64,000 nt of DNA from Phoronis australis. Taxonomy: Eukaryota > Animalia > Phoronida. The translations under genes were made by a program, and so were the position numbers. Numbering within the stretch: position 1 is the first letter of the stretch; every line of letters begins with the position of its first letter. The DNA lies in NCBI GenBank assembly GCA_002633005.1, contig NMRA01000960.1, positions 24,231 through 88,230 on the forward strand, written 5' to 3'. The notes beneath the pieces are model-generated. The model was not told the origin of the DNA. It saw only the letters and a program-made list of their open reading frames with translations, and made no database searches. This document shows, one piece after another, positions 62,901-64,000 of the stretch.

Positions 62901-64000
62901 CGCGTGAAGTTTGTAAAAGTGGTCCAAAGCGAGTCTTTCCGTATTCAGGTGGGACAGGCAATTGGATTGGAAATTTCTTTTTACAGCAACGTGGAGCAAC
63001 TTGGTTTGGCCCCCAAACCTCAGATAAAAATAATTAAGATCTAAGTACCGTACTTCTGACGAATAAATTGGGGAGAATGATTCCGTTTTGTCAACGGTCG
63101 TATGCCTGATCGTAGCAAAGACGGTCGTATACACGCTATTGCGAACGTTTTATGTTAGAAAGAAACGTTTCAACTGACTTTAATGTGACAATTTTTCATA
63201 TTCAAACTTTTTAATGAACTGAGTGCAAATTAAAATTGTCTTAGCTAAGACCGATTAAAATTGTCTTAGCTAAGACCGATTAAAATTGTCTTAGCTAAGA
63301 CCGGATTTACGACCTTTGATAAAATGGCCACAGTTTACGTGATAGATGGACCATTGAAATTTTTTTGGCGAAGTTTCAGAACTAAACGCCAAAAGCCAAA
63401 AAAGTCACAATGGTCGACCTCTTTCATTCAGAACTACTCAAACGGAACCACTAGAATTTCATCGGGATATCGATTGCAGGACTGAAAACGACAGTTGTTT
63501 ACGAACACAGTCTTTAAAGGAAAGAATTCTGCTCTGCCCATTGTTTATTTGCAGCACTGCCAGTCTCCTAAACGTTGGCATCCCATCCTGTCAGATTGTA
63601 CAGTTCCTGCCAAAATCTCGCCTGCGTTGACTTAGCGTAGCAGCACTGGTTTTCAGGGAACGCAGTCCTCAAACATTTTCGTCTTCTGCTGTTGCTGCTT
63701 TGTGTATTGTCTGATTTACATTGGCATCAAAAGTATCTCTCAAGCCTGCAGTTTCCACCGCTTGAAAATATGAGAGAATGTAAAATATCAATAAACCGTG
63801 GCTTACATACCAAATAGGGCGCCTTTTGAATCACCCTTAACAGAAAATTCACACTGCATGTATTTTAGGAGAGACAACAGTTCCTCGATTTACTACGAAG
63901 GATACTTCTTTTACGAGGTATGGCATGAAGCTAACCCAAGGTACAACGTATTTCACAACAGTAAAAGCGATAAACAACCTGGGTATGTACGAGCTGTCCT
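34770..64000 (+). CDS. Giant secreted or cell-surface protein: signal peptide + EMI + EGF/Cys-rich + multiple FN3/Ig-like repeats; 17 exons, about 2,550 aa here, 3' incomplete
   Basis: Exons 34770-34834, 39650-39751, 40389-40471, 42366-42467, 44259-44393, 45076-45198, 45601-45870, 46355-46493, 46915-48049, 52066-53251, 53812-55239, 56316-57012, 57912-58028, 58596-58906, 59166-59421, (gap)60122-61484, 63869-64000. All visible introns are GT-AG with matching phases; one internal +1 shift near 53915. Confidence 0.8.
35488..35720 (-). mobile_element. tRNA-derived SINE (same family as 1381-1580)
   Basis: A-box TGGCCTAGTG, degenerate B-box GTTTCGAGTACC, shared body; carries an extra AT-rich insert of about 30 bp. 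Confidence 0.7.
35985..36360 (-). repeat. Locally duplicated tRNA-like repeat (two diverged units about 260 bp apart)
   Basis: CGCTGAGGTTGGCCAG.AATGAAAT.TA.CAAATAAAC..AGAAACAT.AGGAACCCCAAC at about 35993 and 36255; minus strand has GTAGCTCTGTGGTGAGAGCACTAGAC and GGTTCGATTCCCAG. Confidence 0.6.
37550..39580 (-). mobile_element. Decayed Penelope-like retroelement (RT + GIY-YIG endonuclease)
   Basis: Frameshifted segments LTKEQMNVLKNGLS, MHKP..IPPFKPIASSVNTFNYNLAK, MVSFDIASLFTNLPV, QIDGVAMGSPLASILAGMF, YVDD, LPFLDV-like, then VVYK..GCGSTYIGETVRYL and LKIREAL. Confidence 0.9.
37588..37631 (-). ncRNA. Minimal type I hammerhead ribozyme at the 3' end of the Penelope-like element
   Basis: Minus strand CUU-CUGAGGA-U-GGUGUUU(UAAU)AAACACC-GAAA-CGC-GUC^AAG: intact catalytic core, perfect 7-bp stem II, palindromic ACGCGU in place of stem III, short stem I. 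Confidence 0.8.
39650..39751 (+). CDS. Exon 2: EMI domain, N-terminal half
   Basis: TTTTTCTAG|G ... AG|GTACGG; KCSYYVREVYRRSYQERYTVGCWWFGWNRCTKYR. Confidence 0.8.
40389..40471 (+). CDS. Exon 3: EMI domain, C-terminal half
   Basis: TTACAG|G ... C|GTAAGT; TVYTYDTRQVLKYRCCTNYVLHNSACE, with the CCxxY motif. Confidence 0.8.
40941..41165 (+). mobile_element. Tc1/mariner(pogo)-like MITE fragment (paralog at 55368-55580)
   Basis: TA|CCGGGTATTTCCGA start; GCTCTTTCGGA.A..CCTATTTTC..GA..TG.TTTTGC shared with the second copy. Confidence 0.5.
42366..42467 (+). CDS. Exon 4: EGF-like domain
   Basis: TTTTGCAG|...G|GTGAGT, phase 1-1; PLCQGHRWCPNGGHCSSPNFCSNCNDGYYSPRCD. Confidence 0.85.
44259..44393 (+). 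CDS. Exon 5: cysteine-rich module
   Basis: CATTTCAG|...C|GTAAGT; ACPLSRISDCFKMTCSSGPSNFVCQECRLSSHSGSAYLLSNNRCL. Confidence 0.8.
44911..44975. repeat. (ATC/GTC)n microsatellite
   Basis: Read directly. Confidence 0.95.
45076..45198 (+). CDS. Exon 6: EGF-like domain
   Basis: TTCTTTTAG|...A|GTGAGT; PKCSWLSNTWCWPGTCHDRGLTSSCSCITGFAKKYGTNSCE. Confidence 0.85.
45601..45870 (+). CDS. Exon 7
   Basis: ATTTCAG|TT ... CAG|GTTTGT, phase 1-1, inside ORF 45555-45878. Confidence 0.7.
46355..46493 (+). CDS. Exon 8
   Basis: TATTGCAG|GA ... AA|GTTAGT, phase 1-2, matching the phase-2 acceptor at 46914. Confidence 0.7.
46915..48049 (+). CDS. Exon 9: FN3/Ig-like repeats
   Basis: Inside the 397-aa ORF; GWSDTGSGV, DVSGN, LRDGDTYRIWVQAKDVMGN, HIDSSPP, DSDSGL; ends AAG|GTACGG. 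Confidence 0.9.
49655..51315 (-). mobile_element. 1.66-kb non-autonomous Kolobok-type DNA transposon, copy 2 (intronic, THAP remnant)
   Basis: TTAA TSD, TIR AGGAGCATGCCACCC / GGGTGGCATTCTCCT; minus ORF 50916-51170 has THAP-like FLLPRESEMLRKWLMVMR...KHLRVC. Confidence 0.85.
52066..53251 (+). CDS. Exon 10: FN3/Ig-like repeats
   Basis: TTTCCTTTCAG|ACA, phase 0; LVDTSPPTTGVVRDG, WHGFFDHESGV, VVAYNGA, VDETPP; ends G|GTAAGT. Confidence 0.9.
53812..55239 (+). CDS. Exon 11: FN3/Ig-like repeats (apparent 1-nt frameshift near 53915)
   Basis: TTAATTCCAG|GT acceptor; main ORF 53920-55260 with KVFNRAGL, PPSVGVVYD, SSDGVIV; ends CAT|GTAAGT. Confidence 0.8.
55368..55580 (+). mobile_element. Tc1/mariner(pogo)-like MITE fragment (paralog of 40941-41165)
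   Basis: TA|CCGTGTTTTCC start and shared internal sequence. Confidence 0.5.
56316..57012 (+). CDS. Exon 12
   Basis: TTGGTAG|GAT, phase 0; CSNGFVIDTTPPVAGVV, IRWTAFDD, SGIMSYYYSVG; ends G|GTAAGT. Confidence 0.88.
57912..58028 (+). CDS. Exon 13
   Basis: GTTTCAG|GC ... G|GTAAGA; GTAPGFDDVVPKTPTGLRTEVIIEHVKLQNGKEYFVTVS. Confidence 0.85.
58596..58906 (+). CDS. Exon 14
   Basis: TTTATAG|CT ... AAG|GTACGT; VVDTSPPVTG, WSNFEDTESGV, LIDGHTYY. Confidence 0.88.
59166..59421 (+). CDS. Exon 15
   Basis: TTTATAG|GTG ... T|GTGAGC; VTNGAGL, YDSSPPSDGVVRD, DIDYQ, WDGFHDTHSGI. Confidence 0.88.
59971..60121. other. Assembly gap (N run) hiding the acceptor and start of exon 16
   Basis: 151 N; coding frame is already open immediately after the gap. 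Confidence 0.98.
60122..61484 (+). CDS. Exon 16 (5' end in gap): FN3/Ig-like repeats and Cys-rich linker
   Basis: ORF 60137-61510; ACNEAGL, VDSSPPHVG, GFVDPHSGI, CNNDCTC, IDVTPP; ends G|GTAAGA. Confidence 0.9.
61370..62578. repeat. ~605-bp near-identical tandem duplication joined by a single N (likely assembly overlap)
   Basis: 61370-61974 repeats at 61976-62578 with a handful of substitutions and two 1-nt indels; N at 61975. Confidence 0.9.
63229..63303. repeat. 3 x 25-bp tandem repeat with palindromic core
   Basis: ATTAAAATTGTCTTAGCTAAGACCG x3; core GTCTTAGCTAAGAC is a perfect palindrome. Confidence 0.95.
63869..64000 (+). CDS. Exon 17 (runs off the window)
   Basis: TATTTTAG|GA, phase 1; GETTVPRFTTKDTSFTRYGMKLTQGTTYFTTVKAINNLGMYELS. 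Confidence 0.85.

Overview
AT-rich, repeat-dense animal genomic DNA with spliceosomal GT-AG introns; gene content suggests a marine invertebrate, possibly lophotrochozoan (inference). Two genes are supportable, in divergent orientation. (1) A minus-strand bombesin/CCHamide/excitatory-peptide-type class A GPCR whose CDS lies in one exon (13888-15036). (2) A very large plus-strand gene, reconstructed by hand from 17 exons (34770 to beyond 64000, about 2,550 aa in the window): signal peptide, EMI domain, EGF/Cys-rich modules, then many DxSPPxxG...W.GF.D..SG...NxAGL FN3/Ig-like repeats. Splice phases match at every junction that can be checked; there is one apparent frameshift near 53915 and one junction falls in an N gap. 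The rest is transposon-derived: a decayed Penelope-like element with RT, GIY-YIG and a minimal hammerhead ribozyme, several TTAA-flanked Kolobok-type elements with THAP remnants (one nest of three elements), a LINE RNase H relic, tRNA-derived SINEs, MITEs and microsatellites. A 605-bp tandem duplication across a single N is probably an assembly artefact. All calls were made by eye; no database searches were run.
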